From assembly GCA_002256025.1 (NCBI GenBank), contig NKIB01000085.1, positions 1 through 35,384 on the forward strand: a stretch of 35,384 nt of DNA, in the 5' to 3' direction. Below are positions 10,920-21,800 of the stretch, piece by piece. The notes under the pieces are model-generated. The model was not told the DNA's origin. It ran no database searches and was given only the letters and a program-made list of their open reading frames with translations. A program made the position numbers and the translations under genes. The DNA is from Asterionella formosa. Its lineage: Eukaryota. Every line of letters starts with the position of its first letter. The first letter of the stretch is position 1.

Positions 10920-13538
10920 ATGCTAGTGCAAATCTCACCATGGCAAACGACGACAACCTCAACTGGTGCTCAAAAGAGGCGAAAACGAAACAAGCTGGAT
11001 GCGCCACAATTAATGGATACCATGGTGTCCTTTGTACAAGGCCAACGACGATCCAGACAGCGACGAAAGCAACATCCACAACTCGACGACGATGACATGG
11101 TTCCCCAAGTGGTCTTGACGGCTTCTCACAAGGCAAGTCTTGTGGGCCATCTTCGCAGCCAAGGGACAAGTTGGCAGGAGTCATCAGTACACCAATACGC
11201 TACTCGACCAGGGCCAGCCTTTGGGTACCTGGCATCCTCTTGTCAGATTGCAGCAGTCATGGATGGTCGCAAGGAGAGACTGTACGCCTTACAGAACGAC
11301 AACAAAAAGCTTGTTTCGTGGCATGCAAGCTCCATTGAAGGACCAGAAACTGGCTCCTTATTCCAGCTACCATCACCAGCCAAATGCTTGCACACCCAAC
11401 ATGGAATGGTTTATGGGACCTGTGCAGATGGAAGTACCTTTCTTGGCCAATGGGTACGAAACTATGTAACGAAGGTGGAAAGTTTTCACGTACAGGTGTT
11501 TGAAGGCATTGTGGCGGCGAATATGGTTCATGCCCACACAATCCTGCAAGAACGTGATGATTACGATGCCCAAGTCGGAGAAAAGAGAAAGGCAACCGAA
11601 ATGGTTAACACCTATGTCCTGTATCAAGTATTTTTTTCAGCTGATCAAATAATAGTTGTCAAAGCCAACATGAAATCGGAAGCTAGTAGTTTTCAACAGG
11701 TGGATCATTGCGTTTGTAAAGTCAAAACAAACCTTGACATTGATACATCTCACGTTTTGGCGACTTCACTGGATGAATCAACACTGGCATTGGTGATTCG
11801 ACTGAATTCCAATAAGGCTGATGAGGTTCCGCACTTTTTTGCTCTGCGACTATGCTTGGAAAGTTGTCGGATTGGTGCGCCGATAAAACTGCCATCGACC
11901 ACAAGGCAAGCCGGTGGACTTTCTTCCTCTCTCTTGGCGATTGGCACTGTTGATGAAGTCCTCGTATATGATGCAATCCACGGAATACGCTTGAAAGTGG
12001 AAGAAATGGCTAATGTTGTCTCTGACACGAAAGACTGGAGACTCGTCACCGACGCAAAACGCAATCGTATGGTGGTACTTTCTCAGCAAGGCGAAGAACT
12101 TTTTGTTTCCTTGGCAACCTTAGAGAATAACGAAGAAGAGTATTCCTTGGCAACTGGTCTTCAATCTTTCTCGCAGGTTGACGATCTTCAAGAATTTCCA
12201 ATCGAAATCAACCTTTTGGATACGTTGGAACAGTCAATGATCACCAACAGTTCACACGAAAACATTACGATTGTAAAAGCTTTGTCAGCTCTTCAAGTTT
12301 GTGTGGATCACATCTTGGACCCTCTCAACAAATCGGTTCAGCCTAAATTTTTCATGGAAGCATACGAATGTGCTCTGGCTATGGTCGTCCCAGGGTCAGA
12401 GTTGCCATCGACGACGCGGCCTGAAGTCACCAAGTCACCAGCGAAGAATGGCCAGAATGGAGTTCATGCCGGTTTCCATCAGAAAATAGTCTTGCTTGAT
12501 GACACCCGAGGTTATACTCCGACCTCCACGCCTCTTGAATTCGTCGACGGTGCAACTACCATTATCTTGCGAGTTTTGCAAATTCCCAAGGTTGAAAACG
12601 AGATAGTTGGCATTCGTGTCAAGTTGGCTCGGTTGGATGCTCGTACAATCCTTTTGCGGTTGATTCGAACTGGAAAGGTCTCAGCCCGTACTCACTTTGA
12701 GTCCCCTGTTCGTGATGCTGACAATGCTCATAATACCCCATTCCTTGCCTTTTTGCGTTCGATGAAGCTGTCACAGAAGAAAGGAATTCGTGTCGTTTCA
12801 CCAGTTGACGTAATACATGAAATGCTTTCCAGTTGTGCAGATATCACTGAACACCAACTTGTTACAATGATTCACTACATGCTCTGCCGAGCCCTACCGG
12901 ACGATATTGCTGAAAATTTCATTGAATGGAAAAGGTTTGATAGTTCTCATCAATACACACAGGTCAGCAAAGCGTTCTTCAAGGAGCGCGCAACAGTCCG
13001 AAAGCTTGAAAGGCTGAACGGAGCCTCTATGAATAGCCCCGCAATGAAAGGCGCACAACTACAAGTCGCAAGCTTGTCAAATAAGCTGCTCAAAATGGGA
13101 TCATTGTTCCTCGTTGAGCGGGTTGTTACATATTCCCACTGCAACGAGACTCTTCTTCGTACCGCCCTCCAACAAGGCTTACCTTTGGCGGATGAGCCTC
13201 AACTGTTATCCCGTTTGTTACTAGAAAATTTCATTACCTCACCATCACTGGCTTCATCCAAGTGGATGTTTGCTCTCTGTGAAGGATGTCGTGAGCAACT
13301 GATGAACTTTGAAGGTAGATCAAGCTATGACGCGATTCTGACCAAAATAAAAGATATCATCCGAAACGGAGAAATTATCTTGGGACTTTCTCAATATCTC
13401 GGCGATCCATCGAAAAAGGCACAGGATAATATCGATTTAGCAAGGAAAACGAAGGTCGCCAAGTATGCAAGGTCAAAGAAGGGAAAGAACAAAGATGATC
13501 AGGTTCCTGAATACTCTTTAGAGCATCTCATATTCTAA
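10920..13538 (+). CDS. Probable NOL11/Utp8 orthologue (t-UTP/UtpA SSU processome subunit), ~872 aa
   Basis: Long, open, CpG-rich ORF. Beta-rich N-half, helical C-half with DITEHQLV and YSHCNETLLRTAL, and extreme C-terminus VPEYSLEHLIF resembling the NOL11/Utp8 terminal Y-S-x-E-x-L motif. Start at MLVQISPW preferred; an upstream ATG exists at 10839. Confidence 0.65.
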   Translation: MLVQISPWQTTTTSTGAQKRRKRNKLDAPQLMDTMVSFVQGQRRSRQRRKQHPQLDDDDMVPQVVLTASHKASLVGHLRSQGTSWQESSVHQYATRPGPAFGYLASSCQIAAVMDGRKERLYALQNDNKKLVSWHASSIEGPETGSLFQLPSPAKCLHTQHGMVYGTCADGSTFLGQWVRNYVTKVESFHVQVFEGIVAANMVHAHTILQERDDYDAQVGEKRKATEMVNTYVLYQVFFSADQIIVVKANMKSEASSFQQVDHCVCKVKTNLDIDTSHVLATSLDESTLALVIRLNSNKADEVPHFFALRLCLESCRIGAPIKLPSTTRQAGGLSSSLLAIGTVDEVLVYDAIHGIRLKVEEMANVVSDTKDWRLVTDAKRNRMVVLSQQGEELFVSLATLENNEEEYSLATGLQSFSQVDDLQEFPIEINLLDTLEQSMITNSSHENITIVKALSALQVCVDHILDPLNKSVQPKFFMEAYECALAMVVPGSELPSTTRPEVTKSPAKNGQNGVHAGFHQKIVLLDDTRGYTPTSTPLEFVDGATTIILRVLQIPKVENEIVGIRVKLARLDARTILLRLIRTGKVSARTHFESPVRDADNAHNTPFLAFLRSMKLSQKKGIRVVSPVDVIHEMLSSCADITEHQLVTMIHYMLCRALPDDIAENFIEWKRFDSSHQYTQVSKAFFKERATVRKLERLNGASMNSPAMKGAQLQVASLSNKLLKMGSLFLVERVVTYSHCNETLLRTALQQGLPLADEPQLLSRLLLENFITSPSLASSKWMFALCEGCREQLMNFEGRSSYDAILTKIKDIIRNGEIILGLSQYLGDPSKKAQDNIDLARKTKVAKYARSKKGKNKDDQVPEYSLEHLIF

Positions 13539-14425
13539 CCAATGCTTAACTAATGCAAGTCATTGTACTGATGGAAGAAAGAAAAGGGACTGCTTTCGTT
13601 TTATTCAAGGTCATATAAATTGATTTAGCTCTCCCCCATTTTCTCAGCTTGATGAAGATAGGGGACTAATGCTCAACGAAGTCCTCCCTCATTTTTACGA
13701 CAAACCTATTAGGAGCAGCAATACATACTGACAAACATCAGAGAGTGACAAAAGACTTGCGTGGTAGAGCACGTCACTTGGCAATTGATGAAACGCTCGA
13801 TCTCCTCGCTCCTGGTAAATAAGGGTTGGCCAATAGCTAGACTTCCTCCCTGGAATTCAGTCCACACTAGGAACATCAAATTTCTATACTTGTTTTCTTT
13901 TCCCGTATGTAGGACCGGTAGTATTGTACAAATAATGCTGTAAAGGATAAGCCAGGATCAATAGTCTCTATCAACTGCTGCCATGCCACCTTTCAATGTG
14001 GTATCGTTGGAAATGCAAAAATCGAAAGCTGATGTAACATACCGGTAACGGTACCTGGTCAACAGTTCTTGTCGGTACCAGTATTCATAGCGCCAAGGAG
14101 TACTCAACCGATTTATTTGCAACTCAAAAGTACTCGGTAATATCTACTACCGGTAACGTACCGGTATGATAACCAAATATTTTGTGAGGAACATGTCGTT
14201 ATATTATTACGTATGTAGATTTTCAACTTAAAGTATAGTCCAGTATCGGTAGTCTGTGTGCAAAAATGGAGACAGTAAGTGACCTGAAAAAATCGCGTAA
14301 CGCTTGACTGGCCAGTGTGTTTGTTATAAGATAAATGCATAGTGACATGTGCTCCGTGCTCAAAAAAATTATAAACTACTAAAAATATATTTCGTAAAGA
14401 TAGTAGTTAGAGTATAACCAAGGTA

Positions 14426-14517
14426 CCTTAATCGTGGTACAGCCCCCGGGGAAGGTCCGGTAATCGAGATATTTAGCTTAATCTTTTCCTATGTAAAAAG
14501 CTTGTTTACCGGACCTT
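14426..14517. repeat. Dispersed hairpin repeat, copy B, with 12-bp perfect inverted repeat
   Basis: AAGGTCCGGTAA (14452-14463) / TTACCGGACCTT (14506-14517). Homologous to 1316-1397 in opposite orientation. Confidence 0.75.
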
Positions 14518-14638
14518 TTGGGGAGAGTACTACAAAAGAAAAGTAGGTGCTTAAAGTGTGAGGACACAATTATAATCATTGCAGTCACTTTCTTCATTCA
14601 TTTGTTTCTCCATCCAAGTTAGTTCCACCTTGCATCAA

Positions 14639-15163
14639 ATGAATTGCAAGAGATATAGTCCATTCCTTTATGACGGCATTATCTTTAGCAATCATGGTGG
14701 GAGAGTGGGCGATCGCAGTTGTCGACACATCCATCGGGAAGCCCCTGAACTTGCTCGCTTATTTCGAAACACAAACTTTTGTGTGGTGGAAAAGGAAAAT
14801 TCGATCCATCTGAAGGTGGAAATTCCTGGAATAAAAGGAGCAGACTTATTAGTTCGAATAGACGCGGGAGTATTGCGCATACAAGGTAGCAGGATGCTCA
14901 AGTCTGGTGAATCCAATAAAAAGTTTAAGTTTTCAAAGAATTTCTTGATGGATGACAGCCTTGATATTACCCAATTGAAGGCGAGACTTGAACGAGGATT
15001 GTTAACCGTCGAGTTCCAAAAGAAGGAAAAGGAAACCTATGCGTCTTTGGAACTCACCGAATGTGCTGTCAAGAATTCCAATCCATTGTCAAGCGACGCC
15101 TCAAATTCAGTCCAAGCCTCACGAGAGCAAGAAACAAAGTCCAAGACTCCTAATCCTATGTAA
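14639..15163 (+). CDS. Small heat-shock protein (HSP20/alpha-crystallin domain), 174 aa
   Basis: VVEKENSIHLKVEIPGIKGADLLVRIDAGVLRIQGSR...KFSKNFLMDDSLDITQLKARLERGLLTVEFQKK. First ATG is at 14639. Confidence 0.85.
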   Translation: MNCKRYSPFLYDGIIFSNHGGRVGDRSCRHIHREAPELARLFRNTNFCVVEKENSIHLKVEIPGIKGADLLVRIDAGVLRIQGSRMLKSGESNKKFKFSKNFLMDDSLDITQLKARLERGLLTVEFQKKEKETYASLELTECAVKNSNPLSSDASNSVQASREQETKSKTPNPM

Positions 15164-15429
15164 TCGTTTCTTGATTCGAAAAGATACTTGGTTATTGAAT
15201 TAATTCCGAAAATTACCCTCCTGCTATCAAAGTCAGCATTTATATAGATGCAAATCCTGCAGCTAAGAAAGTGATTCCTCCTTTTACATGGTAATGAAGT
15301 TAAAGAAGGATTATGCACTGCTCTTGTCATTAACAAGCACCGGTACCAGTATCTCCGGGCTATCATTTTAACTAAATATCTCCAACCCATGACCAGAACG
15401 AGGGATTGTTAGGTTGGAAAGCTACCCTT

Positions 15430-16205
15430 GACTAAATTAACACTCCTGTATAGTTACCTATATTCCATTGTTTCATATATTAGGTGTGAATTTACAGTTT
15501 CAACCTTGATCATAGAGTTTTCCGGGCTACAACCCTGCTGTTTGTCACAACTTAGCCCATGTCAGCAGTCTGCAGCACTTCAATTGACACCCTCATTACT
15601 CACCATGTCCATTTTGAACACTGGTGAACGCTCCCTCCACCAAGGCATTCTCCACTGTTCCTACCTTTCACCTTGCTCCACCAGACCTGCCTGTCCCTCC
15701 ACAGCAAAATCTGCCAAATTTGCCATATCCCTCTTAAGAAAATTCATTTTGCCTGCTTTGCACACTGCTCACAGTGGTTTCTTCAAATGAACTTCTAGCC
15801 TCCCAAAGTCTTCTTCCCCTTTGACTCCTCCACTTCCAATTATCCCATATTCACCTGGATACCCCCAGACACTCAAGAAATTCCAAGCAAACAATGTTCT
15901 TCTCTCCTCTTGATTACAAGCAAATGCATTTCATTTTGACTTCATCATTTAATTCATTTGAATATTAAAAACTTCTTAATATCCTCATTCTTAGCATCCA
16001 AAATATTCTTCCGTCTCCCTCTCTCTTCAAACTGCACCAACGCATCACTATCTATTCAAGTCTTTTTCCAACCAGCATGTTTCAAAGTTTTACGGTTAAC
16101 TTATGTTGTCACAAAATCAGCACATTTCCCTCATTCACCTACTGCTGTGCTTACTTTCTCGTTGAATCATAACCATTTTTCGCTCACCTTCTCAACCATA
16201 ATCTA
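15430..16205 (-). pseudogene. Decayed coding relic, possibly Sola-like transposase N-terminal region
   Basis: CpG-poor, with many TGA/TAA in protein-like frames. NIVCLEFLECLGVSR*IW (~15845-15898) loosely resembles the VCxxFLxxLGIS motif of Sola elements. Weak support. Confidence 0.25.
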
Positions 16206-16454
16206 AGTGACACATGGGCTTCTTGCCTGACTCACACCTATTACAGTCTATAAATCTCCTCCATATGTCGCTATGCAAATAGAAACCACCATATTTGTAT
16301 GATGCATGTCTTACAATGATGATCATATGATCATATCATAATTTGAATAGATTGTCAAATATTAATAATTATCATCAGCATAAATCAAATAGAGCCGTTT
16401 TGACTATGTATAGCTATTCAACTATTATAAGTATTTTTCATTTTTTTCCTGGAT

Positions 16455-16568
16455 TTAAATCTCCTTATAGGATAAAGTACTACAAAAAGAAATTTGTGTT
16501 TAGAATCATCATTAAATCTCCTTATAGGATAAAGTACTACAAAAAGAAATTTGTGTTTAGAATCATCA
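16455..16568. repeat. Perfect tandem duplication, 57-bp period, 2 copies
   Basis: TTAAATCTCCTTATAGGATAAAGTACTACAAAAAGAAATTTGTGTTTAGAATCATCA at 16455-16511 and 16512-16568. Confidence 0.95.
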
Positions 16569-17876
16569 TCATCACTTGCTCCATTGTTTGCTCCATCTTA
16601 TGCACTCAAACAGCGATGATGAATTGAATGATTGTCCAATATTATCATCTTACATGGTTCCTCATGCCCTCTTGATTTGAATGTTTTTATTATCATGCTA
16701 CTATTGTGTATTTTTTGCTTGTTAATTTTCCATGATGATTCCACCAAGAATTCATATGATAACTAAATGGTGCTGCTGACTACACATAGCATATGCAGTC
16801 AGTTATTGATGCAGCAATTGATACAACATTGAAGATCATTCCAACATCAATCAAATTTTCCCATGTATTAAAATTCACACCTTCAAACCCTGTCAATTTT
16901 GAGCAATGATTGTTGGAAAAATAAAATAAATTGGCTTTTTCAATGGTCTCCAAAATATTGGAATCAGAATCGCTAGGTGCTAAAATGTCTTGTGAATGAA
17001 TTTTTAATCGTGAATTTGACTGTATACACATTTATGCACCAATTTCCAATCTTGCTTAAAAATAATTCCAATGGAGGCATCGTCATTCAAAATTGCTCCT
17101 TAACTTTCCCAATTTCCAAGAAATTCTGCAACCCCATGAAATGTATCAATTTTTTCCTAGGGTTTCTAATGCAGCAATGCTACTAAGAACCTCTTTAAAA
17201 GTTACCAATAAGTAGCCAAAAAATCGTAAGTGGGGAAGCCATAAAATAGTGGATTTGAAATGTTAGACTATGGCCAGATCATTGAAATGTCATGGGTAAC
17301 CAGTAAGAATTCCAGTAATGATTACAGGCTGCAGTGTCATTACTCCAACACACACACCAGGCTCTCTCTGGTGATGGTGATTGGTATGACCAACCTGATT
17401 CTGAATCCTTTGGAGGGATATCACTGAATCTATGGTGCAACCTCATGTTGCAATTGTTGCTCCATCTACATCAGTGCAAGCATGACTCAGCAAGGCAGTG
17501 GATAGCTTGTGTGTCACTTATGAGGATAGGTGTAAAAACTGCCTTGGGAGGAAAAAATCAATCAGTCCAATCAAGGGTTACGAGGCTGCTAGAGAAGTTT
17601 ATGTTGATACCGTTGTCGTTGCTACCACCTGCAAAGATATTCTGGACTCGATCCATGTACCAATTGCATGGGCCGCCATAATCCAAAACATATCATTGGA
17701 GCAAATCATGCTACGTAGCAAGCCAGTTAAAGCCTTGGTGGCAATATGACCCCAGTCATTGCAATTGAATATGATCGCATGGCATATAAATGGGGCTTAA
17801 TTGCGAAATGTACTGTGCCGTATCAACACATTCGTCATGAGTTCAAACTGTCTTCCCCTGAGAACATTCGCAGTTT

Positions 17877-18983
17877 TCAACATTTTATTTTCACGTCAAT
17901 GGTATCGTCTGATTCCATATCGACATCAGCTGGCGTTTGATTCATGGTCAAGACATCTTCAAAGGTGAATTGTATAGCCTTGGAGGGCGCAATTTTGTGC
18001 TTTTTTCGATATTTGTTCATAAGCACTTGAAAAGGCTCATTCGCGTAGGTCTTAAAGGTATCGGCATGAATTTCCTTGGTACCATTCACCGTTCGGAGCT
18101 TGATACGCAAGCGCTTCCCCAAATCCACCTTTTTTGATGGTACTACAACTAACGGGATAGGTTTCGGCGGTTGCGACGTTTTGTCGGCAAGAGTCTTGTA
18201 CTCGACGTCGATCAGTTCATCATCGTCCAAATCATAGAACTGAGGTGTCTTGGTCATATCCATGATACCGTCTTCAAAGAGAAATACAATTTTGGTGGCA
18301 TCTAGTAATCCTTTTTGTTTGCGGAATCGATCCAATAGATATTGAAGTGGTTCATGCTCTTTGGTCATCATTAGGTCCTCTTGCGTTTGCTTCGATCCCT
18401 TATCGTTAATGAGTGTGGATCTCATCTTGACAGCGATAGATCTCCCAAAGTTTTGAGCGGAAGGAGTAACTTGTAGTGCAGATCTATCTACAATAACAGG
18501 CACAGTACGAATCACTCGATCCACTACCTGTGGTCTTGCCTCAGGAATGCGAGGGACAATACACACTTCGTCAGCATGATAGGCTTGAGCTGACTTGAGA
18601 TTTCTTGCTGCTTCTCTTGCTCTCTTCAAAGCCTGAATCGAATCCGGACGTAAATTTTCATTAAAATAGAGATCTGTAGCAAATGGTTTGACAGGCAAAA
18701 TGTCAACTTCATCGTCTGAATCTAGAGAACATTCCACAACTGACGTTCGCTTTAGACAAACTGACTTGGTCACCATAATCTCAACATCAGAAGACTCGTC
18801 ATCATCGGCATCTAACTGAGCTCTTAATGAGCACTTGGCTTGTTCTGGAGCGACTGAGTGTAGTGCTTGATCCTCAGTGGCGCTCTCATCACTGTCGTCA
18901 CTGTCTGGTTCGGGCTGCTTTCGCTTGAAGGCCACTCTATTGTACTTGAAGACTGGACTTTCTAGATCATCGGAATCGCTCAT
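17877..18983 (-). CDS. RENi-family (Rad60/Esc2/NIP45-like) protein with two C-terminal SUMO-like domains, 368 aa
   Basis: Acidic N-terminus with SIM-like motifs (SSDVEIMV, DDEVDILP). Two SUMO-like units: EPLQYLLDRF...FLFEDG...TPQFYDLDDDELIDV and EPFQVLMNKY...FTFED...TPADVDMESDDTIDV. No terminal GG. Confidence 0.82.
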   Translation of the reverse strand: MSDSDDLESPVFKYNRVAFKRKQPEPDSDDSDESATEDQALHSVAPEQAKCSLRAQLDADDDESSDVEIMVTKSVCLKRTSVVECSLDSDDEVDILPVKPFATDLYFNENLRPDSIQALKRAREAARNLKSAQAYHADEVCIVPRIPEARPQVVDRVIRTVPVIVDRSALQVTPSAQNFGRSIAVKMRSTLINDKGSKQTQEDLMMTKEHEPLQYLLDRFRKQKGLLDATKIVFLFEDGIMDMTKTPQFYDLDDDELIDVEYKTLADKTSQPPKPIPLVVVPSKKVDLGKRLRIKLRTVNGTKEIHADTFKTYANEPFQVLMNKYRKKHKIAPSKAIQFTFEDVLTMNQTPADVDMESDDTIDVKIKC

Positions 18984-19833
18984 AGAGATACTTAATCGTT
19001 TTTGAATGGTATGGTATGGTATCTAAGTTGAGGAAAGATAAATTCGACGGTCAAGGGGAACGATAGGTCGCTCTTGGGCATGCTGATTCTTGAAGCAAGA
19101 AAGGTTTCGCAGCTTTTGTGGCCAGGGATGAGGTTGCTCCCCCAACAAACCCATCAGCCAGCCAGCCAGCTAGCATTGAATTTATCTCAACCCCGCCACA
19201 ACAGACACGCACATGTGTCATGCATATCAGTGGCCGCTATACATGGTAATGAATACGCAGCCTCGTAGATCACACATGCCTGTTCACAAGAATATTTTAT
19301 TTATACCGGCATATACTGTAAATTTGTAGTATGAAAATATTAGATATGAAATGTATCCATTCATGAGGTGATGGATAAGCCGCGATGAATGTTCGTCCCA
19401 CCTGCTTGCAGAACAGAACTACCGGGTTTCTGTAGATTGTGGCTACGTACGTTGCACTCGTACAGCACTATTGTACCCTTGTTGTGCACACAGAAATACC
19501 GGTACTGTAGCGCTAGTGTGCCAGGCCAGCAATCAAGTCCCAGGGTGCCAGCCAGCCATCAAGCAAGCAAGAAAACATACCGGTAGTAGCTACCGGAATT
19601 ACCGGTACATAGCTACCAGGTACCTCGTAAGCAAAAAACAACAGTCCTCCTTCGAGCAATACATACAGAACTTCATAGCTTTTATACGTACACTTTTCCC
19701 TTGAAACTCCGTACGGTAGACTACCACACTCTCTCTTCTACGATTGAGTCGAGGACCTTGCTCCATCATCCTCTACCTCTATTCATTGTATCGGTAATTC
19801 ATTCCAGTGCCAAGTCATCTCTCCCACCGCACC
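18984..19833. promoter_or_regulatory. Probable bidirectional promoter between RENi gene and Ubc6
   Basis: 850 bp between divergent ATGs, containing a TACCGGTA cluster (19497-19625) and (GCCA)n/(GCAA)n microsatellites. Confidence 0.5.
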
Positions 19834-20496
19834 ATGGCATCCGACATGTGCGCTCGCCGACTGACTAGGGAGCTTCAAGCGCTCCAAAAGGACCCCATGA
19901 CTTCGCCTCGAATTACAGCAATTCCGAATGAAGCCAATATTCTAGAATGGCACTACGTGTTGGAGGGTTCGAAAGGAACTCCTTACGAAGGAGGCATTTA
20001 CCACGGCAAGCTTTTATTTCCCAAGGAATACCCACTCAAGCCTCCCTCGGTCATTATGCTGACTCCATCTGGCCGCTTCGTTCCCAATCGTCGCCTCTGT
20101 CTATCGATGTCTGATTTTCACCCGGAATCTTGGAATCCCATGTGGTCCGTCTCGACCATCCTGACAGGTCTCTACAGCTTCATGCTGGAGACTGCTCCCA
20201 CACTGGGCAGTATTCAAACGACGACGGATCAAAAGAGGCGCTTTGCCAGAGACAGCCTCGCATTTAATGTCCGCGACCCCAATTTTCAGAAATTGTTTTC
20301 CGACTACATGGAACTTCACGAGCAGCGAATGGAAGAGCGAAGGCTGCAACTTGGAGATGCTATTCACGACGTGCCATTGCTTACCAATGCGAAAACAGTG
20401 GTGCATTTCGAGCAAGGAGACATGCAAGGTATGCTAGCTGCTGCTGCTGGTGTCATTGCTCTGATATCGATTTGGATTGCCATGCGATTTCTATAG
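19834..20496 (+). CDS. UBC6: ER tail-anchored ubiquitin-conjugating enzyme Ubc6/UBE2J2, 220 aa
   Basis: NILEWHYVLEG..GTPYEGGIYHGKL.FP.EYPLKPPS...TPSGRF.PNRRLCLSMSDFHPESWNPMWSVSTILTGLYSFM. C-terminal TM segment MLAAAAGVIALISIWIAMRFL. Confidence 0.95.
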   Translation: MASDMCARRLTRELQALQKDPMTSPRITAIPNEANILEWHYVLEGSKGTPYEGGIYHGKLLFPKEYPLKPPSVIMLTPSGRFVPNRRLCLSMSDFHPESWNPMWSVSTILTGLYSFMLETAPTLGSIQTTTDQKRRFARDSLAFNVRDPNFQKLFSDYMELHEQRMEERRLQLGDAIHDVPLLTNAKTVVHFEQGDMQGMLAAAAGVIALISIWIAMRFL

Positions 20497-21019
20497 GACG
20501 CCATCCATGCTATATATTAGTGCGATGTTTACGAAAATGGAGAAAGGCTGGGGCATCTAGACTTTAGTGCTGCTTCATGCTGGTGATGCTTAATCGACAA
20601 TAAGTTGTAAATTGATGAATTGTACATGTATATGCTTGGTGTGTTATTCCTGTTTTCTTTTGAACTGCAAAGGTAATTTCTTGTTTGTTGTATGTACTAC
20701 ATCGGATTTGTGTGAGTGTAGATCCGTACAGCTTCAAACAGATTATATGAAAGATTCTCAGGCCTAATAGAAAAAGAGTGTTCTGCCATGTGAAAAGGAT
20801 ACAAGGATATTCATCATCCTATGATGGCTGAAAATCGATGCAGAGATATGATGACATATACAGTATATTTAAGAGTTGCTGATGGTCTAGTTTTAATTTT
20901 CAGGAGGTTATTTTATGCTATACTATTCACTGTTTACTAAAATATATTACTTAATGTTTTTATTAGTTGCTATTAGATTACCAGTGTTACCCTCTATACA
21001 TTTCTATTATCATTGAGGA

Positions 21020-21800
21020 GGATTATCCATTCCACTTGCTGTTTACCAGGGTTTACTTCAATAGAGGGTGCTTTCTGGGGCAACCTCAACCACACTTTTT
21101 GACATTGTCAACAATCTCCTTCTCATGATACGTTGGGCAAATACCAATTGCCAAACATTTTCGAGCAGGTTTGCTCATCCACAAATACTCGACTTCTGTA
21201 GTGCTTTGTGCTGGAGATACTGGAAAGCCCAAAAAAGAACTAATTGTGAGGACTCTGGTTATCTTCTTCTTGTGACTACTGAACAAATCAGGAGAAGCAA
21301 TTTTCTTTGCTTCTCCTACAAAAGGAGAGGTTACTGTTATTTTGGTGTTCACCCCTCAGTTTAATCGAAAATTCAGGCTACTTTGCTATGAAGAAGGTGG
21401 GGAATTTTAGGTTAGATTCACTGCCTCTGAGGGTCAATTTTAGGTTATTCCAGGAAATCGTATGATTGAGAATATTTTCTCGTTCTACAGCACATACAAA
21501 TTTTGGTACAAGACTACTAGAACATGGAAAGTTTAAGTTCCTTTTCAGTTCCTGGAATTTTAGGTGTGGAACAACCTAATAATGACTTGCTGCTTTCAAT
21601 TCCTTTGCGCAGAGTAAAATGTTTGACAGATCGCCTCGCTTCCGTTTGTGCAAAGTGCGTTACAAACTCACCATGCCGCATTATACTTGCTGTAATGTTT
21701 CTATTCATTTTTGTTGTGAACATGTGTACATGAACTGACAAACAAAGACCACGACGGTTGAGGTCCCCATATTTCGGGGTTGAAATGATATTCCATAGTC
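21020..21800 (-). pseudogene. Decayed ORF ending in an AT-hook relic (probably TE-derived)
   Basis: AAG TGT GGT TGA GGT TGC CCC AGA AAG CAC CCT (~21066-21098) becomes KRGRGRPRKHP if three TG are reverted to CG. Boundaries approximate. Confidence 0.4.

Noticed and set aside
13757..13795. tRNA-like GGTAGAGCA plus a short stem
   Set aside because: No B box or T arm, and no acceptor stem.
14340..14638. Heat-shock elements upstream of HSP20
   Set aside because: No array of alternating nGAAn units visible.
16600..17870. Possible pseudogene or Plavaka/CACTA-type relic
   Set aside because: Fragmentary frames on both strands, none assignable.
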